Part shown: piece after piece, positions 1 to 13,929 of the stretch
Layout: each line of letters begins with the position of its first letter
Position numbering within the stretch: the stretch's first letter is position 1
Assembly: GCA_002633005.1 (NCBI GenBank)
Contig: NMRA01000333.1
Coordinates: 278,785 to 342,784 of the forward strand
Source: Phoronis australis
Taxonomy: Eukaryota; Animalia; Phoronida
DNA length: 64,000 bases
Reading direction: 5' to 3'
Notes under the pieces: generated by a model
Seen by the model: only the letters and a program-made list of their open reading frames with translations
The model's database searches: none
What the model was told of the DNA's origin: nothing
Made by a program: the position numbers and the translations under genes

Positions 1-115
1 TTTTCAATAGTGCAGACTAAGAAAAACCAAACACAAATCACAACAAATCTGAGATTATCAAAGTCTGGGACAATGTGAAAATTACTTTTACAATAAATTA
101 TTCTTAATATATTCT

Positions 116-623
116 CAGGGCTTGGAATGACCAATGACGAACTACGCGGAAACTTTTACGGCACAAAACATGCGCGCTTCCCGGCCCGAAATAGCGAGGA
201 TGTGGACCCTTTGCTGGCAAAAATGGGAAGGACTAAAAAATATAAAAAAAACGGTACCACCTCTAGAAGCGTGTGTATGCGTCTTTTTAGCTGGCCCGTC
301 CACTCCCGCCTCCGCACATTTTTGGCTGCAGTGTCGTGGTATTTGTCACCACGATTTACAATCGCATGAGATGCCATTGAAAAATCCACCACGCTATCCC
401 AGATGCCCCGGCAATATTGACAATTTACGTTCCTCCGAAACATAAAGAGCAACATCCGCTTTTCGAGGTGAACGTCGTCTGCAACGCCGCAGTAAGAAAG
501 GAATTTGCCGCGGAAATTTTGAATCAAATCTGATTTTTTTTACGCGGAAATATAATAAAATACGTGGACAGCACATTTGAAAAAAGCGGGAATCCGCATT
601 TCTGCGGAAAATTCCAAGCCTTG
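116..623. mobile_element. Non-autonomous DNA transposon (MITE) with hAT-like CAGGG terminus
   Basis: Terminal inverted repeats CAGGGCTTGGAAT (116) and ATTCCAAGCCTTG (ends 623), 1 mismatch. Several subterminal GCGGAAA motifs. ATTCT lies directly on both flanks. No credible ORF. Confidence 0.6.
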
Positions 624-713
624 ATTCTCTAATTATATAAATATGCAATTATTTTCAGACTTATATTCATTATGTCACATGATGTGGCCATAAGTTGTGT
701 GCTGACAAGACTT

Positions 714-2182
714 AACAAGAGCAACGTGGAGCGTAGAAATGCACCCACGAATGCATCGCAAATGGTGTGCTTTTAGGGTTATTTATTTATATCATAGAAA
801 TGGCCACTAGATGGCACAAAAACATACAATCCATCCAAATACAGCTATGGATGCAAAACAAAACAGAGCTACCACTAGGAAGCGCCACAGTAGTCAGTCG
901 CCATCATCAAACGTCCTTTTCACACTGAAAACATTTCAATTTTCAAAATCATCCCTAGGATTTGGTTGACCAGCAGCAAAAATGGCCACTAAGTGGCGCA
1001 AAATACCTAGATTCCATCCAAAAACAAGAGCAAAGCGTCATCTCTTTAATTTTATGAAAATCTGTTTTGGACCTTTGAAGATACAGAGGCAAATATAACA
1101 AACTAAAATTGCCACTAGGGGGCACACGAGTGGTCAGATCCATCCGAAAGTCGTCGTTGTTCGTTGTCAACATCATATAAATACACTTGCTAAATCAAGT
1201 AAAGATCCTGCAAACGGTTTAGGAAATACAGCCATGAGCGCAAAAAAACTGCCAACAGGAGGCGCCACAGTAATAGAAGTTAGAAAATCATCGTCAGCCG
1301 TCCACTTCATTGTTAAAACATACATGCCAACTTTCACAACTATCCTGAAAGCAGTTTGGTTGATAGACGAGTGGACGCCAAAAACAGACTCGAAAACAGT
1401 AAAAATGGCCACTAGGTGGTGCAAACTAGATCGAATCCATCTGAAAATAGAGAGATGGCATCACCTCATTAACAGATGCCTGTATGCCAAATTTTATGAA
1501 AATACATTGAGGACCTTTGAAGATAGAGAAGTAAACGTAAAAAAATAAAATTGCCACTAGGTGGCACACCAGTAGTCAGATCTGTCTGATAGTCGTCATC
1601 CTGCGTTATTAGCATCATATAAATGCACTTACTAAATTTAGTAAAGATCCTGCAAATGGTTTAGGAGATACAGCCATAAGCGCAAAAAAAACAAAATTGC
1701 CACTAAGAGGCGCCACAGTAGTTGAAGTAGTCGAAAAACCATCGTCAGCCGTCCACTTCATAGTAAGAACATTCATGACAATTTTCGCAATCATCCTTTG
1801 AGCGATTTGGTTGATGGAGGGATGGACGCGAAAACAGAAAAATGGCCACTGGGTGGCGCAAAATACCTCGAATCCATCCGAAAACGAAAGGATAGCGTCA
1901 TCTCATTAATAGATGCCTATGTGCCAAATTTTATGAAAATCGGTTGAGGACCTTTCAAGATACAAAGCAAATGTAAAAAACTAAAATTGCCACCAGGGGG
2001 CACAGCGGTATTCAGGTCGGTCCGAAACTCTTCACCCTCTGTCATCAACCCCAAAGGAACACACCTGCCAAATTTCAATAAGATCCTGCAAGGGGTTTAG
2101 GAGATACAGCCGTGGACGCCAGACGCCCGGACAGAGATGACGGCAATATGCATCCACATATCAATATGTGGGCGCACAAAAA
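714..2182. mobile_element. HINE/Pearl-like non-autonomous Helentron-type element with internal satellite array, copy 1 (in a TIMELESS intron)
   Basis: Begins AACAAGAGCAACG..AAATGCACCCAC. Contains about 10 diverged ~145-bp monomers (GGCCACTAGGTGGC..., TTTAGGAGATACAGC), then a short GACG-rich tract and a terminal hairpin GCATCCACATAT-CA-ATATGTGGGCGC followed by an A-run. Same architecture as 18193-19473. Confidence 0.65.
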
Positions 2183-2313
2183 TGTTTGCGACATTCTCAA
2201 ATTCTAAACACTTTAGTGAGTAAATAGGGTAAATTAGGTCGAAATATCATTCTTTAGTTCACTGATGCATGATAAAAATATTGACAACGAATGCATTTAA
2301 ACAATCGACTCAC

Positions 2314-5300
2314 TAGGGAGGTTGGTGAAAAAGACCTCTCTAAGAGCCATAAACTCCTCTTCAGGTGAAATATCCGCCGTACCAAACACGCTGCCTTCAG
2401 GCCATACCTCCCTGAAATGTGTGAAAACGGAGTATAACAACAGAGCAGTGGAACACATATTTGCATATTTAGACCCTTGCACCAATGTCAAAATAGCAAT
2501 TTATCCAAGAAGTACTTTAATTCATATCAGTGTATCGTTCGTGGTCAGGCAGATCTCAATTGGGCAGTAAGGGGAAGAAAACATTTCGTTTTCATTGGGC
2601 ACGTTTTGGAATGCCGGACACATTTTCACAGGTCACGTCGGAAACCGCAGAGGTGCATGGCTATGGAAATATTCCTGTTGTCAATCGGTTAGAAGTACTG
2701 GAATTGAAAAGGTAAAGGTATTCTGTTGGGTTCGAAATTAACTTGATGAACTTGTTTTACCCGCTGGCTCTGCATTTTCTTGTCTTTGATTGATGTCAGA
2801 AAAGCAACGAACATCCCGCATCTACAGAAGTTTGTCAAGTTTTTTTAAAAGTTACTCCCATCAGAGTTGCAGTGCACAGCACATCGGTAATACTTTGTTA
2901 GCATTGGAAGGATGAATAGAGTAATGCAGTCAAGAAAATAACTTAAGGGACTCCAATGGAGCGAAAATGCTATTGGATACCATTGATTTGCAGAAGGTTC
3001 AACGACAACTCATAATAATGGTCGGTCACCCCTTCAAATTAAATTGCTCCTGTGTACCTGGCTGCCCTGAACAGTGCAACAGCCTGCCCTGCATTCTGGT
3101 TACGTAATGCTTCGTGTATGGACAACATGGCATTCACTCTCTGTTGCTCCATGTCGACCTCGGATGCTGCATCAAATGGGGACACGCCCTCGGGGACGTC
3201 GCCACGACCTTGAAAGATGTCGGACAGGTCTTCAGAGACGTCATCCCACATGGATTCCAGTTCTTGCTCAGAAAACATGGAAGACGCCGACTCGGCATTT
3301 TCAGCTAGAACAAGAGGAGTCATGTGACAAAATAAAATAAAAGTGACAATGTACATGTGGAGTATGTCAAATTTTCCCAGGGGTATAGGAGTTTAGGTAG
3401 GATGTCTTATATACGTTTGATTCCCTTCGTCTGATTGACAGTAAGCTATGTGCATGGTTCATAACACTTCATATGCAATCTCATAAAAGAATTTTTGTTT
3501 TCAATTGCAAAGGCGAAATATTTTGCCACAAAAAATGAGAGCATTCAACATTGAATATAGAGAAAGGTATAACAATCCAACGTAGCCATCTCAGAGGAGT
3601 AAAGGTAAGACCTAACCAGATACCTTTTACAGTGCGTCAGGTGAGAAAAGAGGCCACAAGACAGAGACAGTTTTACGCTCACATAAAATATTTCTGAGAT
3701 CATCATGATTTTAGGAATATGTAGTTTCATTAAAACTTTGAACTTTAAAAAGAAGTGCGACCCCCTGAAATGACGAAGCTTGAGACTTGAACCTGCCTTA
3801 CCATTGGCTGGTTGATTTATCTTCTTTTTCTGCTTCTTCGCCTTCTTTTTCTGCACGATTACGTGACTCGTCGTTTTACAATAGTGCTCCAACATCTTCA
3901 TAAACAGGTGAGTGGTCTCAATTAGATTCTTCAAAAATGTCCTGTGAGTAAACACAACACAACACATGTCAGCAATCAGAAACATAAAATCTATGAATTA
4001 GCAAAGCATTACTGGTGTATTTCAAGAACAACCGGAAAACTTAACATTCTTTTCTGAAATTTTAAGATAAATCACTATAGAAATTCTTCATGTATTCTTC
4101 CTCAATGCCAACAGAGGTCACTCTACAAGACATCATTTACTGCTGAACTAGAGAAACATTAAATTCCCTAAACATGTTTTCTTTACAGTTTAAATGACAG
4201 CTAAACTTACTTAACCATAATAGTCAATATCAGGGGCCCGCATTTTTAGAACCAGTTCCTCCACTGTGTAATGGGTATCAAATTGGTTCCCAAAGTGATC
4301 AGACCCTAGGGAACTTCTGCTAGAATCAATTACGATAATTATATTGCCCCAGTATACTCACCTTGACTGTTTAGTCTGGTCAAACTTCTTGATCAACATT
4401 AGAAATACATCTCGGTATTCCATAAGGTAAAATATATTACCTGTTACAAACGACAAAAACACGCATTAGAGATAATTCACCAAATTGCGATATTTTTTTG
4501 CAAATGAAATGATAAAATCTTGAATAGTTTCCAATAGACAAAAGAATTCATTTAAAAAGACATGCCATTGACTCTAGTTATTCTCAGGCATGCGAAGCTA
4601 AGTGAAACGAAAAAATAGATGCCATCAACATCAGCATTAGCATCAGCATCAGCATTAGCATCAGCATCAGTATTAGTATCAGTATTAGTATCAGTATTAG
4701 TATCAGTATTAGTATCAGTATTAGTATCAGTATTAGTATCAGTATCAGTATCAGTATCACTATTAAGGCCAAAAGGCAAAGTTGGTTCAGGTCTTTTTAA
4801 ACAATAGTTAGTGGTGTGGTATTTTTTGTAGTCAACTTTTTCAAAACAATGCAACGTGAGCACAAGCTGCGTAGTGTGGACATCAAGTGTGTGAGGCGGG
4901 TTATCACAAGCAGGAAATTATGCCTCACTTGACAAACAAAGACATTTAAAAACTCGCTTACGTGACTTTGCGGGACTTTTCAAACAAACAATTAGAAAAA
5001 TGTTTGTGATCTTGGCTGAAACTGACACATGTGGGCACTTTTTTCTTCAAGTAGTGAGGCACGGGTTTCAAAATGCTAAGACTTTGTTTGGCCTAATAAC
5101 ATAGCAGACGGCTCCAAGTCTCCCCCTTACTTTTGATGACCTTTGCACTGTCCCTCAACTGCTGGTCACTATTCCTGTCCATCTCATTCAGGGTCAATAG
5201 CAGCTCTTGGTACGCACGCAGAGCAAGATGCATCCTCTTAGACCACGTCAGCGCCATCTTCTTGTCAGAGAGGATCATGTCGTGATACGTTGTCAGATTC

Positions 5301-8300
5301 GTCTGGATATAGTGGAATGTCGGTATGGACAGGGTCTCACTGAAATATTGAACACCACTGTCTTGTATTGGTTTTAAGTTCATGCAAGAAGAATTGTTTA
5401 GCTTACATGAGTTTTCAAAATATGCTGGACAATGCCAAACTTCAATAAAATTTTGAGGCACACAATTGGTAATAATACATCAAGACAAATCTAGAAGCAA
5501 ATTCTAATGCTTTTGCACCTGACTGTTTTGTCTGGCTATAATTCTGTCATAAAAAAGGTCAACAATTTTAGAGAAAAAGTTAATTTGACAAACAAGAATC
5601 AAATCTAAAATAATCAAATGTGTATCGTCCCATCCCACCCCTTGTACAAACCTAATGACATCGACCCTAAAGTTGTGCAATCTTGAGAATTCCATAAAGA
5701 ATCGTATGGCCCACAAATAGTACGTCTCGTCGTTATCTTGGGTTTTCTCATGCATCAAATTGTCCTGAAAAAACAAAAAATTCACGATTTTTGAAATACT
5801 TGCGAAGGAAAAACTCTGTGATTACCAAAGACTTTCTCTAATCTCTCTACCAGTTATGATAAACGTGCGTATGCTATCACTGTCAGTCGTTTAAAGTTGC
5901 TTGAGGTCAAAAGTCACATTTTCCATATAAAGGAAGCGTGCTACGTCTATGTCTTGCCATGCCAAATAAAGAGATGTGCTTTGCCTTGTGGGGGAAAATC
6001 AACAAAGCGGGGAGCAGTTGACAAATATTTTGTTTTGAAATTTAAAACTAAAAGAAAATGCTTTGATATCAACAGAAATTAAAAATCTTTACAACTAAAC
6101 CCCAAAAATACCTGGTGAGCTGGTTGAATTATTTCAGAGGCATAGAACCACTTTTAATGTTGCAATTTAGTCTGTTTATCATGCTCTAGACCTCTCTAAG
6201 TGGCTAGAATAATTGATCATTAAATTTTAGAGCACAAGTATGTACCACCAAGACACAGGGCAAGCACACACCCTCAAATTTCATGCCTAATCTCTTGCGT
6301 CTGTATTCTGGAGTAGCCAATAGGGGTCTCTGCAAGTTTATAGTTCTTCTAAAACTTTCTATACATTCTCCCACTTATTTTTTAAAATTCTGTCTCCATG
6401 ACGATGGACTAAATGTATTAGTATTTTTTCTCTTCGTTTCCAAACTGAATATCAAGCAGGTTTTACATTACGTGCCTCACAAGAGCATGTTGTGATTTCC
6501 ACAACAGTATACGAGAAGTCTAAAAAAGTTCTATTTCCCAAAAGCTTGTGCAGTTTTTAATATCATTTGCTTAAATAAATATTTGCTTCCAACATACACA
6601 AATGTTAAATAGATGTTTGAAGAATTATGACCCGTAGTCATGGAATCAATTACAAAAAATGTTTCTTAGCATCCATTAGCTTCCAACAACATATGTGATG
6701 CGTTCTTACAAAAGTTGTGCACTCACCTTGACAGCATACATCAGTGGGTTGTAGCAGTTATCAAGAAACTGAACACAAAAATCCTTTAGCAGAAGTCTGA
6801 TACTCAACGTTGACCTACGCGTGAATTCCTTCTCTGTGATTGGCTTGCGATTCTTAGGTTTCTTTTTCGGTCGTTTGTCATGATCGAAGGAGATGTTCTC
6901 GGAGTCGCCCAACGAGCGATGATATATGAGCTCCCTATTACTAATGGACTGGAAATTCTGCACGACGTAAGTACCGCCGAAACGAGAGTGCCTAGTGTTG
7001 TACTTCATCATGTTGGCACGTTTCTCGGCGCGTTCCTTCTCACGCGCCATTCTCAACTCTCTGTAGAAACACAAACATTCAATATTTGACAGTTCATCCT
7101 TTCCTCACATCACATGTTTAACAGATAACAAATAACGACACATTGCAGACCTACTTTAAAGACGAAGTCTTGAGTTAACATGATGTTTTAACTGTGACTG
7201 TAAGACTCTGGTTTTCCATGTTCAGACAGATATGTTAATTGGCAAATATTCCCTTTTTCCCGTTTCGTAACTTAGCCAACTTCTCTTTACTATTTCAAAG
7301 TGATCAATAAAAACTTAACCTTACTTTTTCTTCTGAATTAAGCCACAGCTCCGTTTCACCGATAAATTACTGCACACCGTGTTTATTTTTTCTCAAAACG
7401 GTAGCAGAAAATGAACAGTGAAAGAATGAGCAACTACTTAAACATGTCTGCTGCAAAACAATTGTCAATCCAATTTTGGCCAGAAAATGTACAATTTGAT
7501 GTGTTTTGTTATCTATAAACCAAAAATATTACAAAAAACTTTCTGTTATTGAGATATGGAAATTCTATTTGAGATCTTTATTCCATGAAAGAAGAAAGCT
7601 GGGTCTACTACACATAACATTTAACATATCACCAGTTACGATGAAAGGCGAACTGCACATGTAAAATATAAAATACTAAATTTTAAGAATTAGCGTACTG
7701 TTCATCTCTTTCTTTTTCCGTCATGGATCGTGATGAACCAGCGTGAGCAAGCTGCTCAGGTGTCTGAAAATAAAAAGTCATGTGAACATTCAATGATTCA
7801 AGTTAAAACCTACATTCATTTTGACTTATCAACATAAGCTCATTTTTAACATGTATCAATTCTCATCATTTTCATCTCAACAATTCTGTACACCGCACTT
7901 GTCTTTATTAATTTAGATGCACCTGTAGCATTCTTCCAATAGTTTACTCACTGTACTGTAGATGGCGTTCGTTTTCTGTAGTTACTACATGACTGGATAA
8001 ATCAGCAAGATTTTAACATCTGTTTTTCAACAGTATTTGTTAATATAACTTTGGAAGAGTTTGAAAGGACTTGGTGAAGATAAATAGGAGTCATTCTATG
8101 TACTAGTTATACCACATTGTGAGTTCCTGCTGAAGTGTTATTGATATTGGAATGTTCCAGCTGTGTGTGTGGCACAATGCACGATGTTACTTTGTTAAAT
8201 TTTCTGTCACGTAGCCTTACAGTGGGCTCTCGGCTTCTTACGAATCATGCGTCATTACTTTTAATGCACCTGTACTTACAATATGAATTCAGCTCACCTG

Positions 8301-11300
8301 TTCCCACAACATTTTAGAAATGCCTTATCATTATTGTGATGAATTCAGCTCACCTGTTCACGGAACATTCTAGAAGTGCCTTATCATTACTGTAATGAAT
8401 TCAACTCACCTGTTCACGGAACATCAGTGAAATGATCTCTAATGTGTGAATAGCATACTGTCGTTCTTCATCAGAGCTTGCTATGAATAACAACAAGTCC
8501 TCCATCCCACTCACATGCATCGCCCTGAGATACAAGTCACATTTAATAAATGAATATGCCAAGACAGTAAATCGATAGTACAAAACTTTTTTAACATTCA
8601 AAACTGCATTGCATCGTGTTTGGGTAGCAAAGAACAAAATCAAATTACGAGTTCTTCTTTCATGAAATCATTCCTGTAACATTCCAAGTCATGATACGAT
8701 TCTGTTTCAGCTACAAACTCAAGTCAAAGGTAATGTATACTGTTGTATCGCAAGTTTGACAAATTAAAACAAGGATTAATCTTGAACTAACATTTATTGT
8801 GTTTGTCAACAGATCGTTGTTCCGGAAGTGTTCCATATTCTATTCAAATATGACAACACTACACATACATGTGCTATTTTCAGTTTTGAAATTTTAGGGT
8901 TGCCCTATCCCAATCAACTGTAAAGAGTTTTCTTGAGTCAATGATGGTATCAATGTTGATAGAAATACAATCCTATGATAGTAGAGAATACCATAAGACC
9001 AATCTGATAAGGGTAAAAGACCAGGTTCTATCTTCATTCTAGCCTGCTTATCAGGATTAAATGCAGCTTTAACAGATTTTGTCAAAGTCCTTATGTTTCA
9101 TAGACGTTATGGCAAAGCTAAGGAAAAAATTCAAAGTTGACACATAACACAACTTACCACAACACCTGGTCATGAACACTGGCATCATCATCTGTCCTCT
9201 GAAAAATTAACCACAGAAATGTGAATATTGTGAAATATTAACCATTAGGTGATAAAATAGGCCTTATTCACGCAGTCGCCATTTTAACAGTGAGCCTCAT
9301 TTCAGGTTCAAAAAACAATGCATTTGAGACATAAATGTAACAAGGCATGCAAAAAAATCACACTTTGTGTTGTGATTAAGCGCAAAATGCATTGATTTTA
9401 AAACCTAAAAAGAGGCTCACTTTTAAAATGGCGACTTGTGAATAAGATGTATAGTGCCAACAGGTGGTGCTCAAGTGACTGATAATACTCTTCCTGCCAT
9501 GAACAATTATGAAACATAATGTAAAACACAGGGTTATAATTCTGGAGGGATGACATAAACCCCACAATTTTAACCCAGGTCTGAAGTATTTGTGAAGGAA
9601 AAGACTTTTACATAAATTATTAAAATTAATAACTTCAAGGACTGTTCCAAAGTTTCAAAACTTGAAATGCTTACCGTAATAATTTGAGCACTTTTCATGT
9701 CTGCGTGACCCTTAAACCAGCAAACAACCTGTCAGAACTACTAAGTGCTGCTAGACCCGTCTATCAGCAAACACGTGAGAACTATAAGTCTAGACCTGCA
9801 TACCAGCAGACAACACACAGGAACTCCAAGCCTACCTTTTCACTCGACAAGTTGGGTGCAACATGCAATACATTCCTGACGAGCACCAAGAGTCTTTCCA
9901 GGAGGATTTTATCTTCTTCTTCTCTGTTTTCCCACTCCTGAACAAAAGGACAAATGACATTTGACTAGCTTATTACAAACAAATGTTTTGACTTGACAGG
10001 TGACTGTCCAATGCCTGGGCTACATTCCATAGTCTGCGAGACATTAGCTGCAGATGACTGTCCAATACCTGGGCTGCATTCCATAGCCTGAAGAACATTT
10101 GCTTGCACAAGCACCGAAAATTCTTCAGTTATGGAAAACAAACAGAGAATTCAATCCAACAATGCAACAGTCCAACCTCGCCAGCCATGCACTTCAGTGG
10201 TCACTATATTTATAGCACAGACTCCAGGGAATTCTAGTGAAACACTTGTTGTTTTTCACTTGCGTTATTTTGCGATGTCTTGCAAGATCTTGCTTTTCTC
10301 GCATAAAGCTAAGATAAAGGAATGCTCTCCTGTTCCCAGTATAATTGGTTCAGTTATTCCAACTTATCTTCTGATTCCAGGAGCTGATAACAACTTGTTA
10401 ATTTACACAGGCAATTTTGGTGGTTAATAATTTATCAAAAAAGGATTTTCATGAATTCGTATGAACAGTATATGTTATAATTGGTTGATAAGAATTCATA
10501 ATTAAAAGGTTCATATAAATTTTTTTCTTAAGTTTCTCATTAACCTTGTTAATTTAAACGACACCTTAACACTGAGCAATGATAAATGATCAAAAGGTTT
10601 CCACGAGAGACGATTAAAACTGATAATCATTCATCATCAGCCTGACATGAATTCTTATCCACCCAAACGAGGGGTGTCAAAAATGCTGGTGTCAAGTTAT
10701 TACATTACCAGCATCTGAAACAATGGTGCTTGGTTCAGTTTAGTTTCTGTTTAATAAAACAGCCATGAAAGGCAGCAAGGGCAGGTGTAGACAACATCAT
10801 CTGCTTGCCGATGGATGACTCACCAGCTGTAACAAATCTCCCAGCTTCTTGGTGAGCACAGCAAACAGGGCCTCGTTGGCGAACGCTTCCTTATAAAGAC
10901 CCAGATGACTCTCTATTTCCATGTACTGTACGCGCGTAGTTTTGTCCTCCGGAACTTCATTACGGAAACATAGTCGAGCGGGCTGCGTCAGGTTGACAAG
11001 AAGCCTAAAGACGACAAGAAAAATGCAAACTGTATTGTCATGTTTTCTCAACAGATGGCATCTCGGCTTCATTGATCATATTGGAAAATCACAGTAGTTT
11101 GAAACAGGGAATTTTACATTTCTAATTTGCTACATAATGTTTACCACGACACATAGCACAAAAATGGCACTTGAGGTATGTTGTTGATGTGCTAACAGTG
11201 AAAGGCATTCTGTTCGGTTAGGAACGTTGAATGCGCGACGCAGTGCGAGAACGTGGTCCAAGGATAATACTAGTCTGATGGAGGATAATATAGTTTTATT

Positions 11301-12877
11301 ACATACTCTTCTACTGATACTACTGAGTCTGTTACAATCCATGCGATCATACACTAATATAGTGACATACATGAATCATAACAGGATATACTGAACAAAC
11401 ATGTTCACTACAATTCCTCATGTTGGGGGTGTATTACGTAGTACGTAATCTTACAGATGTGATAAGGTTTATACTCTTCACAAATAAGTGAATGTTGGGA
11501 AATTGTTTGGTTTTCATTTTACAAAGAAATACTGAAGACTGGAAGTATGACAAGATTTCCAAGACAATAATATGTCCAGACAGGGCTCATGACCAGCATC
11601 TTGGGCATGTTCAACTATGTAAAACTTGAGATATCTTAGTTTGACGTTGCAGATTCTTGCGCCCCATTCAGTTTGTCCAGCCACACATGAATTGAAGCAT
11701 AGAGATCCAGGAACTAGAGACCACCAGAAAATAGCAATTAACTTTTTAATGTTCTCACCAGGTGTTTTTGGCGTGGTGGCTACCCGCATTCAAAGTTTGA
11801 GCTCCACGCTCAAATGTCACCACGATATTCAAACTTTGAACCCTCGCTCAAATCTTGATTGTCCTACAAACCATTTTTAAGTGGCCCAACGCGCAAATGT
11901 TGAGTTGCCAGCCACAAATTTCAATCTGGTGCTGCCCTCTGCAGTCAGAATCTTACTAATTTTTGCAACTTGTTACCTATGTCAAAGTTATGTTATAATA
12001 TATCCAACACAGAGGTCTCCTATTCAGGGCTTAACTCAATCAGTTATTGATGGCGTTGCGACGTTACCACCAAGCTCAACTCCAGTCCCGGTAAGAGCAC
12101 TCATTTCCAGTACAAATTTAAACAAAAACACCGTCACTTACTAACCTGATAACCGTGTCATACAAGGTCACATCATCGGGGTACGTAATGAGTAAAGGAA
12201 TGAGGTCATTCTGTACAATCTGGGCGTGGCCGAGCTGTCTGCGAATGTCACATGTTTCATCTTCCCGTTTCAGAAAACGTAACAGATCTTTCACCGTTTC
12301 TACAATGCAACAAAACCAACAATTTTTAAACTTAGAAGTTTCAAAATTTGTGTTTCAAAGTACAGTGTACAGATCATTGCAATAACAGTTACATTCTGAT
12401 AAGCAAGATTACTGAGAAGTTTTCCTTCAATGCACATCACGAAAACTTTAACGTTAACATGGATGCTAGCAACAGGTCTAATGCTCAACTTGTACTCCAA
12501 GCTACGACACTGAACTATTTCGAATTGTTCACAACTTCTCAAGGGGTCATTTCCAAATTTATATAATGTGACCGTAACTAGAGTGCTTAAAAAACAACAG
12601 GCACTGAATACGGAAAACTATCTGATAATGCTAATTAACACTTTGGATGTTCTGAGAAGTTTACTTTAGTCGATGTCTTGAATCCACATACATGTATCGT
12701 ACGGTATCCTTCCACCAGAGGCACCTGGTGGTCACAAAAGTCACTACGCACTGACCATGTCGTTTCAATAGTCCTTTGTGGACACTCACCCAAACAGTCC
12801 GGCTCCTTGACATAATTTTTTCCTTCCAAATATCCCAAAGCACTGCAGGTGGCCTGAAGCTCCACATGCATCACCAT
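2314..12877 (-). CDS. TIMELESS: Protein TIMELESS homolog (timeout/TIM2, replication fork protection complex), 5' portion, multi-exon, continues beyond the left edge
   Basis: Coding exons (minus, GT-AG, phase-consistent): 12877-12790, 12299-12146, 11004-10824, 9937-9836, 9198-9158, 8524-8410, 7763-7699, 7060-6727, 5764-5652, 5339-5131, 4440-4362, 3941-3802, 3304-3058, 2411-2314. Peptides such as [113 protein letters not shown] and [11 protein letters not shown] closely resemble vertebrate TIMELESS. Confidence 0.95.
4625..4760. repeat. Compound micro/minisatellite (GCATCA / GTATTAGTATCA)n
   Basis: Visible 6/12-bp periodic tract in a TIMELESS intron. It accounts for the DTNT, ILIL and SVLV ORF artefacts. 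Confidence 0.95.
8283..8428. repeat. 56-bp tandem repeat (about 2.5 copies) overlapping a TIMELESS exon 3' end and splice donor
   Basis: ATGAATTCA(G/A)CTCACCTGTTC starts at 8283, 8339 and 8395; the third copy contains the real donor. Confidence 0.85.
9263..9446. mobile_element. MITE-like inverted repeat element
   Basis: About 35-bp imperfect TIRs: CTTATTCACGCAGTCGCCATTTTAACAGTGAGCCTC and GAGGCTCACTTTTAAAATGGCGACTTGTGAATAAG. Confidence 0.65.
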
Positions 12878-13929
12878 GGCGATGTCTCCCGATCTGATGA
12901 AACAGGCAGAATGAAAAGTTACACGTTTAGCATTTGCTGCTAAGATCTATAAACCTGATATTCACCAAAAACATTTAAAACAATTCTTCACTTATTTAGC
13001 GCACAACGTTATGGCGGCCGACAAGTGAAATTCTCTTATCAATGTTAAGTTCATCCACATATCAAAGTAAATATTAAGAACATTTTTGTCCATCATAAAC
13101 ATGGTTTACAGTGTGTAGATGATGCAAAACGACATCTTGCTCAAGTTTCAATAATTAGCTGAAAAGGTAATTACCAAAAAGTTCACCAACTGAAAATTGG
13201 AAAAACATCTAATATTTCAGTGATTATTTCTGTGGGGCTTAAGGGGAGACTTACCGTAATTTCGATTCAGAGAGCTGCATATTCATACAAGTTTGCACTT
13301 TAGGCTTGTCAGTAGGCTACACAGTACGATGGAAACTTACTTTAATCTGATAGAACATTACCTCTAGTATTCACCTTATGAGTAAAACATGGAGTACTAC
13401 AGACAATATTATGCACAGGAATATAGAGGCACCGAAAGTCTGGGGAGTATTCAGTAGATCACTAGTTTTCCGCTCGAAAAGCAAGACTGCGAGATATCGT
13501 TATGTACTTTCAACGGAAGCGCGACCATGAGCATATGAATAACTGCATGATGAACTTGACTCAGGCGAGGTCGCAATCTCGACACTAAATTACTCAGGGG
13601 TTGGCCAGTATGACTGCCTGTTGCTTGCCTTTCCATCACAGTCATTCATTATGACCCAGAACGTAGGTAAAGCAACAGGTAATCACGTGTCACACGGTGC
13701 AAAGATTGCAAACCTCGCGAGTCTTCCTCAATATCTTTATCAACGGTGTCTGTTACCTGTAATGGTATACGAGTACGCAATATTACTTTCTTTATTTACA
13801 TGATGCATACTAGAATGTTCTAACAGATCGAAATAAGGTCCCATGCTTAGTACTGGCCCACTTACTTGTCTACATAGTCTAACAGTAACACTGCCACTCA
13901 CTATGACTCAGTCTCATTGGGCACTGCCG

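Noticed and set aside
955-1548. ORFs within the satellite element (also 18826-19182)
   Set aside because: Frames are not conserved between monomers or copies; this is non-coding repeat.
4552-4863. DTNT / ILIL / SVLV ORFs
   Set aside because: Microsatellite translation.
2314-12877. Circadian Drosophila-type timeless (tim1)
   Set aside because: The peptides match the vertebrate TIMELESS/timeout type ([25 protein letters not shown]).
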